A stretch of 64,000 bases of DNA. Source: Planctomycetota bacterium (GTDB lineage Bacteria > Planctomycetota > UBA8108 > SXIK01). Within the stretch, counting starts at the first letter, position 1; each line of letters starts with the position of its first letter. Location: NCBI GenBank assembly GCA_965223845.1, contig CBDCXR010000004.1, positions 6,176,001-6,240,000 of the forward strand, read 5' to 3'. The translations under genes and the position numbers were made by a program. Below are positions 1 through 10,551 of this stretch, piece after piece. Under the pieces are notes generated by a model. It worked only from the letters and a program-made list of their open reading frames with translations. It was not told the DNA's origin and did not search any database.

Positions 1-1093
1 CCGCTGCGGGAGCGAGGCGTGTCGCCGCCCCGAGTCGCCGGATCGTCCCGAAGGTCCGCCCGTCCGTCGAAGCACGGCATCGTATCCGGCCCGTGACTCG
101 ATCGGACCAGACGAGCAATAGCTCCCCGGGTCTGGCCGCCAAGGCCGGACTCGCGCGACTGCCCGTGCGAAGGCCGACTCTCTCCGTCAATCGAATCTTG
201 AGCGTCTCTGCGACTTTCGTCATGTGCTTTGCCGACGCCTGCTCGCGCTGGCCAGGTTTTTCGCCGGCAAAATGAAGTCCCACCGCTGCGTGACTCGAGG
301 CCTCGAGCCAGAGGGCTCCGGAGTCGCCCTTCTTCGTGAGCTCGCCACCCGAGCTTGCCGGAACGATCGATAGTTCGTGAGTCCCGACGCCGTCGATGAC
401 GCCCTCGGTCCGCCCGGTTTTCGCGCCCGATTTGATGACTCGCATTCCGATCGCCGGTGGGACGACGCCCGTCACTCCTCCCGGAATCCCCACGATCCCG
501 CGCGACGCTTCGCGTTGGTTCCCGAGTTGAGCGACCGCACAATCGAGTTCGCGGTTGGAACGAAGCACGCGGGCGATGCGATCCCCGACGGCGGTCGTGC
601 CAGGTTGCGTGACCCAATCGCCTCGCGCGCCGTTCGCGCGGGACCGCACGAATACGTGGTGATTCGAAAGAACGAGTGAATCGCCGGTCGCACGATCGAT
701 CACGACCGCGCCGATCGTCCCCTTCTGATCGAGGCGAACGTTGCGAGCCTGGCTACCGCCGACGATCGGATCGAATCGTTCCCCTTCGTGCAGATCGATC
801 GACGACTCGATGACATCGACGGGGATTCCGAAGATCGACCGAGGAATGCGCTCGGCTCGAGGCAGCTTCGCGAGGTCGACCTTCTTGCTCACGTACGCAC
901 GGAGACAGATCTCGCTCGTCATCCGTCCGTCGACCCAGCGGTAGCCAACGTCGACGCGCTCGACTCCCGCCCTCCGGAGCAATCGCTGGCGGTGCGTTCG
1001 CAGTCGCTTCAAGTGGCGCACCATCTCTCGGTCGGTGAGCACGGCGACTGGTCCGCGTCGACGGCGTCGCTTGGACTTCTTCGCTTTCCCCAT
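1..1093 (-). CDS. Trypsin-like (S1/Nal1-like) serine protease with C-terminal beta-propeller-like repeats; partial, runs off the left edge
   Basis: Not in the ORF track because it has no stop in the window. Manual translation from ATG 1093 gives MGKAKKSKRR...VDVGYRW...AYVSKK...IP...GIPVDVIE, then GTIGAVV..LSNHHVF (His), LDCAVA (Asp), KSGAKTGRTEG and KGDSGA (Ser), followed by SPALAARPGELLLVWSD...STDGRTFG. Confidence 0.8.
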   Translation of the reverse strand, partial: MGKAKKSKRRRRRGPVAVLTDREMVRHLKRLRTHRQRLLRRAGVERVDVGYRWVDGRMTSEICLRAYVSKKVDLAKLPRAERIPRSIFGIPVDVIESSIDLHEGERFDPIVGGSQARNVRLDQKGTIGAVVIDRATGDSLVLSNHHVFVRSRANGARGDWVTQPGTTAVGDRIARVLRSNRELDCAVAQLGNQREASRGIVGIPGGVTGVVPPAIGMRVIKSGAKTGRTEGVIDGVGTHELSIVPASSGGELTKKGDSGALWLEASSHAAVGLHFAGEKPGQREQASAKHMTKVAETLKIRLTERVGLRTGSRASPALAARPGELLLVWSDRVTGRIRCRASTDGRTFGTIRRLGAATRLAPAA

Positions 1094-1138
1094 ATCTGCC
1101 TTCCGGAGTGGACGGCTCGCGCTTGCTGCGGACTGGGA

Positions 1139-2359
1139 TCAAGGTGGAAGTGAGAATCGAATCTCGCGCTCGCCGAACCCGATGTCGATGTGGAGCACGA
1201 TCTCGCGCCCGCTTCGAAGCGGCTCGCCGCCGAACAGTGCGTAGCCGACGACGGGACTCGTGTCCGCCGAATTCGATTCCGATCGGAGGAGGAGCGAGTC
1301 GATTCCGCCTCGTCCTTCCAGCGCGGCTCGGTCCGCTTCGATCGCCGAACCGGGGAACGAGGCGTCTTCGATCAGTGCCGGAGCGCTCCACACCGCCGCC
1401 GACGGGATCGCTGCTTCGAGGACGCGAGCGTCGATCGCGCGGTAGCTCACCTGGCGTGATCGTTCGCGAAACGACGGAGAAGGCGGAGCGCTCATTCCCG
1501 CGCGATCTGCGTCGACGCCGTAGAGGTACTGAATCGTGCGAGTCGCGTCGAGACACTCGAGAGGGTGTCCGTCGCAGCTCACTCGGATCTCCGCCGGCTG
1601 GACGCGGGCCGCGCGAGTCTCCATCGCGAGTGCGAGCTTGAGCACCCCCTCCGGACGGGCTACGCGCGGCTGCACCTCCACGCGCGCGTCGGTGCCGAAC
1701 CGAAGAACGGCGGACTTCGACTTTGGATCCCACAGCACGATTTCATTCGAGCTCGCTTCCGCGAGCAACGGTTCGAGCGCGACCGAAGAGAGCGGAACGA
1801 GATCGGCGAACGTCACGTCGGGCTCTTCGAGACCGACGAGAATGTGCGGCTCGTCCCGCTCGTCCGGTCGTTCGCTCCGGAGCGAGAGGCCGACGGCCTG
1901 GACCTCGAAGGAGACCTCCTCTACGGCAGCGCCCTCCTCGAGGGCGATGACTTCGCGAAGCGCTGGGAGACCGCGGGCGAACGAACGATAGACCGCTCTG
2001 AGGTGTCCGTGGTGAGAGATCGCCCTCCGCTCGACTCGGCGAATCGGTTCTCCGCCCGCGGATCCGGCCACGATCCAGCGCAACTCGACGATGCGGTAAC
2101 GTGCGTTCGGGTCCGCATCCCGGACGCGCGCGACGTGGTCCGACGTCCCGCTGGCGACGAGGCGGAGCAGTGTGTCTCGCTCGAGATACGGAATGAACTG
2201 ATCGGCGAGGGAGAATGGGTGATCGGTGTCGGACACCGCAGCGAACGCGCTCTCCCACTCGCCTCGATTCCGTGCGCTCGAGCAGGCAGAGGTGAACGCG
2301 ATCGCTGCGGCGGCCGCCACCGCACCCAGGACGATCCGTCCTGATCTACTTGGTGACAT
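1139..2359 (-). CDS. Hypothetical lipoprotein
   Basis: 406-aa ORF with a hydrophobic N-terminus and lipobox-like FTSAC; start overlaps the secretin stop. Confidence 0.7.
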   Translation of the reverse strand: MSPSRSGRIVLGAVAAAAAIAFTSACSSARNRGEWESAFAAVSDTDHPFSLADQFIPYLERDTLLRLVASGTSDHVARVRDADPNARYRIVELRWIVAGSAGGEPIRRVERRAISHHGHLRAVYRSFARGLPALREVIALEEGAAVEEVSFEVQAVGLSLRSERPDERDEPHILVGLEEPDVTFADLVPLSSVALEPLLAEASSNEIVLWDPKSKSAVLRFGTDARVEVQPRVARPEGVLKLALAMETRAARVQPAEIRVSCDGHPLECLDATRTIQYLYGVDADRAGMSAPPSPSFRERSRQVSYRAIDARVLEAAIPSAAVWSAPALIEDASFPGSAIEADRAALEGRGGIDSLLLRSESNSADTSPVVGYALFGGEPLRSGREIVLHIDIGFGEREIRFSLPP

Positions 2360-4016
2360 CGTACGCGAACACTCCGCCGCGGCGCAGGCGACGACCGAAC
2401 CGATTCCAGTAGCTGCTCACGCTGAAGTTCTCGTAAGCAGGCTCGAGCGCGTCCCTCAATCCTACGGAAAGCCGCGTGTTCGTGAGAGCGACTTGGACGT
2501 AGTTTGCGCCGAGTATGAAATCCTCGCGAGTCTTCGTGAGTACCGCATTTGCGCTTTCATCCTTGGCGAGCTTTCGAGCTTCGACGAAGACGAGAGTCTC
2601 GGTCTTCTGACGATCCGTCGTCTTGTCCTTGAAGAGCGCACCGACGAGCGGCAAGTCGCCGAGGATCGGGATCTTCTCTTCGGTTTCGATCTCGCGCTCG
2701 CTGATGAGCCCGCCCATGACGAGGCCGCGATTGTCCTCGAGCTCGACCAGATTCTGTACCGAGACGATGCCGGATTCGAAGTTGACCGTGTTCGAATTGA
2801 GATTCTGTGTTCCGCTGTCCGCCACTCGCACGACGATGTTGAGGCGGATCTTGGCGCCTTTCGCGATGATCGTGGGCGTCACCTTCACGTACGCACCGAC
2901 GTTCTTATAGAAGAACTCGCGGACGGTGTTGGTGTTTTCGGCGATGACGTTCGTGCCCAGTCGAAACGGCAGCTTCTCGCCGGAGAAGAACTCCACGCTG
3001 TTTTCGTTCAGCGTGACGACTTGCGGGGCGGTTACCGTGTCCGCGTTCAGCTCGGACGCGAGGAAGCTCGCGAGTAGGTTCACATGCTTCCCGGTCAAGT
3101 TGACGAGGAGTCCCTTTCCTCCGCCGATCGCCGTGCCGTTTTGATCGAGCCCGATCAGGCCGAGGATGTCTCCGAACCGAGTTGCCGCGCTCTCGGTGCG
3201 CTGATTCCCGTGGATATTGTTTCCCGTCACGAGTGATGCGCGCTGTCCCGACTGACTGCGATAGTCGAGCACGGAGCTGAAGGCCGATCCGTTCGAGCGG
3301 GCGACCTCGACGACGCGAACTCGGATCTGTACGAGGTCGCGCGGAGCTTGGGACTTCTCCTTCTTCGCCGCGGCGTCTTTCTTGCGTTCCTCGATTTCGA
3401 TGCGGAGCTTCTCCACCTCGATCTCTTTCTCTCGGCGCAGTCCTTCCTTTTCCGCCAGAGTTTCGAGGATGCTCTCGAGTTCGGCCTTCGCCGCATCGGC
3501 CTGCGCTCGGGCGGCCCCTGCCGCGGCTTCGGCTTCTTCGGAGGCCTCCACCGCTCGATCTAGGGCGTCGAGGGCTTCCGATGATGGAGATTCCATCGCA
3601 TCGACCGTACGGTTCGCGATCGTTTTCGCGCGAGCCTTCGCCCGTGAATCCGCTTCGAGCCGGGATGCGTTTGCGTCGGCTGCATCGGCGGCGTTTCGGA
3701 GAGAAACCGCCCGATTGCGGAGTTCGTCTTCCTCGGCGCGAAGGAGCTCGGCCTCACGCTCGGCGCTCGCGAGCTCGACCGTGCTCGCCGGCTCGTCGCC
3801 TGCCGACTCCAGCTGCTGCGTGGTCCCGCCGCCCGCGTCCAAGCGGATCAGCTGGACGTTGACGCTCCGCGGAATTCCCAGCTCGGCGTCGAGCTCACCC
3901 TCCCCCGCGAGCACCGAGGGAGTCTCGACGACTTGGGCCGAGAGGATCGACCCGACGAACCACACGGCACTGGAACTACACCAACACACCCATCGGAATC
4001 GCTTAGCGTCCGCCAT
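2346..4016 (-). CDS. Secretin-domain protein (type II/III secretion system family) with Ala/Glu-rich coiled-coil N-region
   Basis: Signal peptide; C-terminal secretin motifs VQIRVRVVEV, TAPQVVTL, VGAYVKVTP, MGGLI, KIPILGDLPLVGALFK, KTETLVFV. Confidence 0.85.
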   Translation of the reverse strand: MADAKRFRWVCWCSSSAVWFVGSILSAQVVETPSVLAGEGELDAELGIPRSVNVQLIRLDAGGGTTQQLESAGDEPASTVELASAEREAELLRAEEDELRNRAVSLRNAADAADANASRLEADSRAKARAKTIANRTVDAMESPSSEALDALDRAVEASEEAEAAAGAARAQADAAKAELESILETLAEKEGLRREKEIEVEKLRIEIEERKKDAAAKKEKSQAPRDLVQIRVRVVEVARSNGSAFSSVLDYRSQSGQRASLVTGNNIHGNQRTESAATRFGDILGLIGLDQNGTAIGGGKGLLVNLTGKHVNLLASFLASELNADTVTAPQVVTLNENSVEFFSGEKLPFRLGTNVIAENTNTVREFFYKNVGAYVKVTPTIIAKGAKIRLNIVVRVADSGTQNLNSNTVNFESGIVSVQNLVELEDNRGLVMGGLISEREIETEEKIPILGDLPLVGALFKDKTTDRQKTETLVFVEARKLAKDESANAVLTKTREDFILGANYVQVALTNTRLSVGLRDALEPAYENFSVSSYWNRFGRRLRRGGVFAYDVTK

Positions 4017-4301
4017 CGCGACGTCCTCCCGTCTGCTCCAATACGTTCACTCTCGGCTTTGCGCCCCGGCCGCGCACGGACGAGCGCGCTCCGAAAACCC
4101 ACGCGGTGCCCCCGACACTGCACCTATCCGAGAGAGACGACTACACGCTACGAGAGGTGTTCGTAAGACGCAAGACTCCTCGTACGAATTATTGAAGCCC
4201 TGCTTGCTTCATTCAGACTACCGGCGTCGGCGGGAGGAGGCGCCTCAGTAGAATCCTGTGCGCGGCTGCGAGTGCGGCGGTTCGACGGAGCATCCTTGCC
4301 G

Positions 4302-4787
4302 TCAGTCCCCGCCCCGCACCTCCACCCGCCGAGCCCGCTGCGAAGCTGCCTTGGGCATCGTCACTCGCAGCACGCCGTTCTTCAGCTCCGCCCCCGTCCG
4401 CTCGACGTCCACCTCGCACGGAAGGCCGATCGAACGCTCGAACGGCCCCGCGCGACGTTCGGATCGGTGAACGGTGCCGCCGGGGCGAGCCGCGGTGTCG
4501 TCCGTACGCCGAACCGTCAGCGTTCGTTCCTCGACGGCGACGTCGAGGTCCGCGAGTTGCGCTCCCGGGACTTCGCACTCGACGTACAGATTCGCCTCGT
4601 CTTCCCACAGGTCGAGGCGCGCGCGTCCGCTCCGTGCCCGCCCGCCGGGCTTCGACGGATCCCCGGCGATGCCGGTGAAATCGAGGACGTCCTCGATGAG
4701 CTGCTCGATCTTTCCCGAGAGGCGCTCGGCGAACCGCCGGCCAAACTCCTCCGGGCCTTCGTTTCCTTGCGTGGGATTAACACTCAT
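4302..4787 (-). CDS. Hsp20/alpha-crystallin small heat-shock protein
   Basis: DLWEDE...EVPG, ERRAGPFERSIGLP and AELKNGVLRVTMPK motifs; AGGAGAG RBS before ATG 4787. Confidence 0.9.
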   Translation of the reverse strand: MSVNPTQGNEGPEEFGRRFAERLSGKIEQLIEDVLDFTGIAGDPSKPGGRARSGRARLDLWEDEANLYVECEVPGAQLADLDVAVEERTLTVRRTDDTAARPGGTVHRSERRAGPFERSIGLPCEVDVERTGAELKNGVLRVTMPKAASQRARRVEVRGGD

Positions 4788-5231
4788 GTTCGCTCTCCTG
4801 TTGCGGGGTTCCTGCATCTTAGGAGTAGACGCGCGCGCGGGGGTGGCGTTTCCGGGGCCGTTCCGTTCTGGCCGGCGAGTTTCGCGCGCGGCTTCCTACC
4901 CGGCGTCGATTCGGCACTCACGGCCGCGTCAGTTCTGGAACCGCAGGGGGGAGTCGATCGCGTTCGTAGATTCTCCGCGCTCCGAGCTTTCGTGCTCGGG
5001 AACACGAGGCTGCGGGCTACCGGTCGCCGCGCAGAGTTCGCCCCGATGGCAGTCAACTGTTCGCCATCCGCTCGCCGAGTTTCCATGGGAGCGCGTCCGC
5101 AGAGAGACGAGCCTTGCCCGCCCCCGCCGGGGGAAAATACAATCCGTAGATTCTGCGGATTTCCGCGGAATCCCGACGATCGTGGTGCGCCCCGAGCGCG
5201 CCGCTACTCCTTCAACGCGGCTGAGCTCACT

Positions 5232-8200
5232 ATGTCCCGAAATCCTCGCGTTTCCTCAGGGCGCTCCCCGCGGGTCGCTCCGCTTTTCGGTCTCGTGTGT
5301 CTCGTTCTCCTCGGCGGTCCGTCCGCGCTCACGGCGGACCCCGCGGCGAAAAAGCGCGCGCGCGAAGTCTCGTTCAATCGCGATATTCGCCCGCTTCTCT
5401 CCTCGAACTGCTTTCACTGCCACGGCCCGGACCAGCACAACCGGAAGGCGAAGCTTCGTCTCGACGACGCGAGCGGCGTCGCCCGCGTCTTCAAGCCCGG
5501 CGACCGAGCTGCGAGCGACGCCTGGGCGCGCATCACCGCGAGTGACCCCGACGACCGCATGCCGCCGCCCGATTCCGGCCACGAGCTCAAGCCCGAGGAG
5601 ATCGAGCTGATCGGACGCTGGATCGATCGCGGCGCGAAGTGGGAGGGCCACTGGGCGTTCGCCGCGCCCGTCGAGCCCGAGCTTCCAGAGGTCTCGCGCG
5701 TCGATTGGCCGAAGGCGCCCGTCGACTCGTTCATCCTCGCCGAGCTCGAAGCCGAAGGCCTCGCGCCGAATCCCGAGGCCGATCGCGAGACGCTCCTTCG
5801 CCGGGTAACGCTCGATCTCACGGGACTCCCGCCGACGATCGCGGAGATCGACGCGTTTCTCGCCGACGACTCCCCCGGCGCGTACGAGCGCGCGGTCGAT
5901 CGACTGCTCGCGTCTCCCGCCTACGGCGAGAGGATGACCCTCGCGTGGATGGACGCGGCGCGCTACGGCGACTCGAGCGTCTTCCACGCCGACGGCCCGC
6001 GTGACATGTGGCCGTGGCGCGACTGGGTGATCGACGCCTACAACGCGAACAAGCCCTTTGACGAGTTCACGATCGAGCAGCTCGCGGGCGATCTTCTTCC
6101 CGAGCCCTCGACGGAGCAGCTCATCGCGACGGGATTCCATCGCAACAACGCAACGACCGACGAGGGCGGAGTGATCCCCGAAGAGTTCCGCGTCGAGTAC
6201 GCCGTCGATCGCGTGAAAACGACCGCCCTCGTCTGGATGGCGCTCACCATGGAGTGTGCGCAGTGTCACGACCACAAGTACGAGCCGATCTCGCGCCGCG
6301 ACTACTACCGCTTCTACGCCTATTTCAATCAGGCGTCCGATCCGGGGATGCAGACGCGGAACGGCAACCAGGCGCCGACCGCGAACGTGCCGAACTACGC
6401 GCTCCTTCCGCGAGTTCCCCGGCTGAACGACGAGCTCGCGCAGTTGAAGACGCAGCTTACCGCGCGCGTTGAGGAAGCCGAGCCGCGCTTCGCGACCTGG
6501 GTCGAGCGCGAGGAGAAGAATCCCGAGCGCTCGCAGCCCGAACCGAAGGGGATCTTCATCCACTTCCCGTTCGACGACGGGAAGGGGAAGAAGATCGCCG
6601 ACGTGATCGAGCCCGAGCGGATCGCCGCGCTTCGCGGGAAGCCGACCTGGGAGAAGGATGGGCGCCTCGGCGGTGCTCTTCGCCTCGGAGGCAACCGCTT
6701 CGTCGATGCCGGCGACCTCGCGAATTTCGAACGGAACCAGTCGTTCTCGTACGGTGCATGGGTGAAGACGGACGGCGACGGCGCGGCCGCGGTGATCGCG
6801 CGCATGAAGGACGGCAACGCCTACCGCGGCTACGACCTCTACCTCGCGGGCGGGCACGTCTCCGCGCACGTCATCCACCGCTGGCCCGAGAACGCGATCA
6901 AGGTGACGTCGAAAGCGAAGATCAAGAAGGGCGAATGGCACCACGTCTTCGCGACCTACGATGGCTCTTCGCGCGCCACCGGCCTCAAGATCTACATCGA
7001 CGGGAAACCCCAGGAGGTGAACGTCGAGCAGAACGGTCTCTCGGAGACGATTCAGGCCGAGACGCCGCTCTACGTCGGCCGTCGAAATCCGGGTTCGCAG
7101 TTCAGCGGACTCGTCGACGACGTCCGCATCTACGACGTCGAGCTCACGCCGAAGGAAGTCGCGACGCTCGCCGGCGCCGATCCGATCGGCCCGATCCTCG
7201 CGACGAAGCGCGAAGAGCGCACGCCCGAGCAGACGGAGATCCTTCGCCGCCACTTCCTCACGGAGAACGACGCCGCATACGTCGAGGTGCGCGAAGCGAT
7301 CGCGCGCGTCGAGAGCGAGATCGCCTCGGCGACGAAGCCCGTGAGCACCGTCATGATCATGAAGGACGTCGACAAGATGCGGACGACTTTCATGCTCGAT
7401 CGCGGGAACTACGCCTCGCCGCAGAAGGACAAGCCGGTCGATCCGGGAACGCCGGAGTTTCTTCCCGCGCTTCCCGAAGGCGCGCCCGCGAATCGTCTCG
7501 GCCTCGCGCGCTGGATCGTCGATCCGCGCCATCCGCTCACCGCGCGAGTCGCGGTGAATCGCTACTGGTACATGCTTTTCGGGACGGGCATCGTCGAGAC
7601 GGTCGAGGACTTCGGGCAGCAAGGCGCGCAGCCGAGCCACCAAGACCTCCTCGACTGGCTCGCGGTCGATTTCGTCCGCAGCGGATGGAACGTGAAGCGC
7701 ATGATCAAACAGCTCGTCCTCTCGGCGACGTATCGCCAGAGCACGCGCACCTCGCCCGATCTCCTCGAGCGCGATCCGAAGAATCGCCTCCTCGCGCGCG
7801 GTCCGCGGTTTCGCCTCCAGGGCGAGTTCATCCGCGACAACGCACTCGCGGCGAGCGGGCTCCTCGTCCGCCGAATCGGCGGCCCCGGCGTGAAGCCGTA
7901 CCAGCCGCCGGGGCTCTGGAACGAGGTTAGCCTCAGCGCCGGAGTTCGCTTCGTGCAGGATCACGGCGAGAAACTCTTCCGCCGGAGCATGTACACGTAC
8001 TGGAAACGTTCCGCTCCCGCGCCCGGTCTCACGATTTTCGATGCGCCGACGCGCGAACAGTGCGCGCTTCGCCGCAGCCGGACGAATACGCCGCTTCAGG
8101 CGCTCGTCACGCTCAACGATCCGCAGTTCGTCGAGGCGGCGCGGAAGCTCGCGGAGCGAGTCTTGCTCACGCCGGGATCCACCGAAGCGCGCATCACGTA

Positions 8201-8432
8201 TGCGTACCGCCTCGCGACCGGCGTTCGGCCGCGCGCGGATATCCTCGCGATCCTCACCAGCGCCTACGCCGAAGAGCTCGGCGTTTTTCGAACGGACGGC
8301 GAACGTGCCAAGGCGCTCCTTGCCATCGGCGAGTCGCCCCGTGCGGAGAAACTCGATGCCGCCGAGCACGCGGCGATGACCGTCGTCACCAGCATGATCC
8401 TCAACCTCGACGCCACGATCACGAGAGGCTAG
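5232..8432 (+). CDS. Planctomycete cytochrome c / DUF1549 / DUF1553 protein with inserted LamG domain
   Basis: [46 protein letters not shown] motifs; central LamG ([19 protein letters not shown]). Start trimmed to the ATG preceding a signal peptide. Confidence 0.92.
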   Translation: MSRNPRVSSGRSPRVAPLFGLVCLVLLGGPSALTADPAAKKRAREVSFNRDIRPLLSSNCFHCHGPDQHNRKAKLRLDDASGVARVFKPGDRAASDAWARITASDPDDRMPPPDSGHELKPEEIELIGRWIDRGAKWEGHWAFAAPVEPELPEVSRVDWPKAPVDSFILAELEAEGLAPNPEADRETLLRRVTLDLTGLPPTIAEIDAFLADDSPGAYERAVDRLLASPAYGERMTLAWMDAARYGDSSVFHADGPRDMWPWRDWVIDAYNANKPFDEFTIEQLAGDLLPEPSTEQLIATGFHRNNATTDEGGVIPEEFRVEYAVDRVKTTALVWMALTMECAQCHDHKYEPISRRDYYRFYAYFNQASDPGMQTRNGNQAPTANVPNYALLPRVPRLNDELAQLKTQLTARVEEAEPRFATWVEREEKNPERSQPEPKGIFIHFPFDDGKGKKIADVIEPERIAALRGKPTWEKDGRLGGALRLGGNRFVDAGDLANFERNQSFSYGAWVKTDGDGAAAVIARMKDGNAYRGYDLYLAGGHVSAHVIHRWPENAIKVTSKAKIKKGEWHHVFATYDGSSRATGLKIYIDGKPQEVNVEQNGLSETIQAETPLYVGRRNPGSQFSGLVDDVRIYDVELTPKEVATLAGADPIGPILATKREERTPEQTEILRRHFLTENDAAYVEVREAIARVESEIASATKPVSTVMIMKDVDKMRTTFMLDRGNYASPQKDKPVDPGTPEFLPALPEGAPANRLGLARWIVDPRHPLTARVAVNRYWYMLFGTGIVETVEDFGQQGAQPSHQDLLDWLAVDFVRSGWNVKRMIKQLVLSATYRQSTRTSPDLLERDPKNRLLARGPRFRLQGEFIRDNALAASGLLVRRIGGPGVKPYQPPGLWNEVSLSAGVRFVQDHGEKLFRRSMYTYWKRSAPAPGLTIFDAPTREQCALRRSRTNTPLQALVTLNDPQFVEAARKLAERVLLTPGSTEARITYAYRLATGVRPRADILAILTSAYAEELGVFRTDGERAKALLAIGESPRAEKLDAAEHAAMTVVTSMILNLDATITRG

Positions 8433-8440
8433 CAGATTCG

Positions 8441-9910
8441 ATGAACCCACTCGAAGAGTATCAGCGGCAACTCACGCGGCGTCAGCTTCTCGGGCGCTCC
8501 ACGAAGGTGGTCGGCGCGGCTGCACTGTCGTCTCTGATCGGTGGCGAAGCGATCGCGGCGTCGTCGCCTCTTCAGGGCGCAGGCTCCCCGGCGACGATCG
8601 GACCCCGCCCGTCCCACTTCGCGCCGAAAGCGAAGCGCGTCATCTATCTCTTCATGTGCGGTGGACCGTCGCACATCGACACGTTCGACTTCCATCCCGA
8701 GCAGCGTCAGCTGCACGGGCAGGAGCTCCCGGACTCCGTCCGTCAGGGGCAGCGCATCACCGGAATGACCTCGGGGCAGAAGTCCTTCCCCGTCGTCGCG
8801 CCGATGTTCGACTTTCAGCGCTACGGCGAGCACGGGACGTACGTGAGCGAGATCCTGCCGCACGTCGCGGGCATCGTCGACGACATCACGATCGTGAAGT
8901 CCATTCACACCGAGGCGATCAACCACGATCCCGCGATCACGTTTATCAACACCGGCGTTCAACAACCCGGCAAGGCGAGCATGGGCGCGTGGGTGAGCTA
9001 CGGCCTCGGGAGCCCCGACGAAGACCTCCCCGCGTACATCGTCATGATTTCACGCGGGCCCGGGCAAAAGCAGGCGCTCTATTCACGCCTCTGGGGAAGC
9101 GGATTCCTTCCCTCGAAGCACCAGGGCGTGAAGCTTCGCTCGGGCGCGGACCCGGTTCTCTATCTGAAGAATCCGGGCGGCATCGATCGCCCGATGCGGC
9201 GTCGCATGCTCGACCGCATCGCCGCGATCAACGAAACGCAGTTCGGGGAGATCGGCGATCCCGAGATCCGAACCCGCATCGCGCAGTACGAGATGGCGTT
9301 TCGGATGCAGGCGTCGGTGCCGGAGCTCATGGATCTCTCCGACGAGCCCGAAAGCACCTTCGATCTCTACGGACCGGACTCGAAGAAGCCCGGGACGTTC
9401 GCGCGGAACTGCATCGTCGCCCGGCGACTCGCCGAGCGCGGCGTTCCGTTCCAGCAGCTCTTCCATCGCGGTTGGGACCAACACGGCAGCCTCCCGCGGC
9501 TCATCCGCGGTCAGTGCCAGACGATCGATCAGGCCGCGGCGGGACTCGTTCAGGATCTCAAGCAGCGCGGCATGCTCGACGACACGCTCGTGATCTGGGG
9601 CGGCGAGTTCGGCCGCACGATCTACTCGCAGGGACGTCTCACGAAGGATGATCACGGACGCGATCACCACGGCCGCTGCTTCACCGTGTGGATGGCGGGA
9701 GGCGGGATCAAGCGCGGCTTCGAGTTCGGGAAGACCGACGCTCATTCCTACAACATCGTCGAGAACCCCGTTCACATCCGCGACATGAACGCGACGATCC
9801 TCCACCTCCTGGGGATCGATCACAATCGCTTGACGTTCCGCTACCAGGGACTCGATCAGCGACTCACGGGAGTCGAGCCGACGCGAGTGGTGAACGAGAT
9901 CCTCGCCTGA
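8441..9910 (+). CDS. DUF1501 domain (sulfatase-like) protein with Tat-like leader
   Basis: [44 protein letters not shown]; typical partner of DUF1553 genes. Confidence 0.92.
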   Translation: MNPLEEYQRQLTRRQLLGRSTKVVGAAALSSLIGGEAIAASSPLQGAGSPATIGPRPSHFAPKAKRVIYLFMCGGPSHIDTFDFHPEQRQLHGQELPDSVRQGQRITGMTSGQKSFPVVAPMFDFQRYGEHGTYVSEILPHVAGIVDDITIVKSIHTEAINHDPAITFINTGVQQPGKASMGAWVSYGLGSPDEDLPAYIVMISRGPGQKQALYSRLWGSGFLPSKHQGVKLRSGADPVLYLKNPGGIDRPMRRRMLDRIAAINETQFGEIGDPEIRTRIAQYEMAFRMQASVPELMDLSDEPESTFDLYGPDSKKPGTFARNCIVARRLAERGVPFQQLFHRGWDQHGSLPRLIRGQCQTIDQAAAGLVQDLKQRGMLDDTLVIWGGEFGRTIYSQGRLTKDDHGRDHHGRCFTVWMAGGGIKRGFEFGKTDAHSYNIVENPVHIRDMNATILHLLGIDHNRLTFRYQGLDQRLTGVEPTRVVNEILA

Positions 9911-9947
9911 GGTCGCGCTCGAGTCATCCTGCGAGCCATCGCCCGCG

Positions 9948-10331
9948 CTACGGGCTTCGGTCGGGCTCGAGCTCCGCGCGGTACTGCTTGGACTCGTCCG
10001 CCGCGAGGGAGAGCACTTGCTGGTGAGTGCGGTAGCCCGGCTTCTCGATCACGAGATGCACCTTCCCCACGCGCGCCGACATGCGCTCGAACGCGTCCTC
10101 GGAAATCAGTCGACCGCGGTAACGAGTCAAGACGTCGACCGTCTGCTCGACAACCGGTGACGTGCCGAGGAGGAGCTTCTCATCGCTGAGGGGCCCCAAT
10201 CGATAAACTTCCGCGCCGGGTGGGTCGGTGAACACGGAGACCGTGCGCGGCTCCAAGGTCACGCGCGGGGCCGCGCTGCAGGCGGTGAGCAGGGCTACGG
10301 CGGTCGTCGCGCCGACGCGTAAGCGACTCAT
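9948..10331 (-). CDS. PEGA-like domain lipoprotein
   Basis: Lipobox LTAC; TDPPGAEVY, LGTSP and IEKPGY motifs. Confidence 0.7.
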   Translation of the reverse strand: MSRLRVGATTAVALLTACSAAPRVTLEPRTVSVFTDPPGAEVYRLGPLSDEKLLLGTSPVVEQTVDVLTRYRGRLISEDAFERMSARVGKVHLVIEKPGYRTHQQVLSLAADESKQYRAELEPDRSP

Positions 10332-10551
10332 AAGCAATTCGCACCTCCGATGCGCCCCTCGGCTCATCGCAACGAATCGGTTCGCCACGAGGTTCCGCGA
10401 TTCTCGCGATTCGTGATCGAGATTCGCTCTCCTCGCCGCCTGCCGCTCGCCGGATCGGTCGCGGAATCCGTCCCTAGCGCCGAAAGTTCGGTTACAGTGG
10501 ATGCAACTGCCGATCGACACTTGGGTCCGGGATCAGACTTGGGAGGGACTG

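Noticed and set aside
4910-4940. CIRCE operator upstream of hsp20
   Set aside because: Only one half-site (GGCACTC) resembles the consensus; the other arm and the spacing do not fit.
4272-5231. 320-aa N-terminal extension of the DUF1553 protein
   Set aside because: It overlaps hsp20 on the opposite strand, and the signal peptide begins at ATG 5232.
5256-8450. 1064-aa minus-strand ORF and many similar long overlapping ORFs (e.g. 50846-52723, 19160-20653, 12583-14028)
   Set aside because: Antisense or off-frame shadows of well-supported genes, expected in high-GC DNA; Arg/Ala-rich with no motifs.
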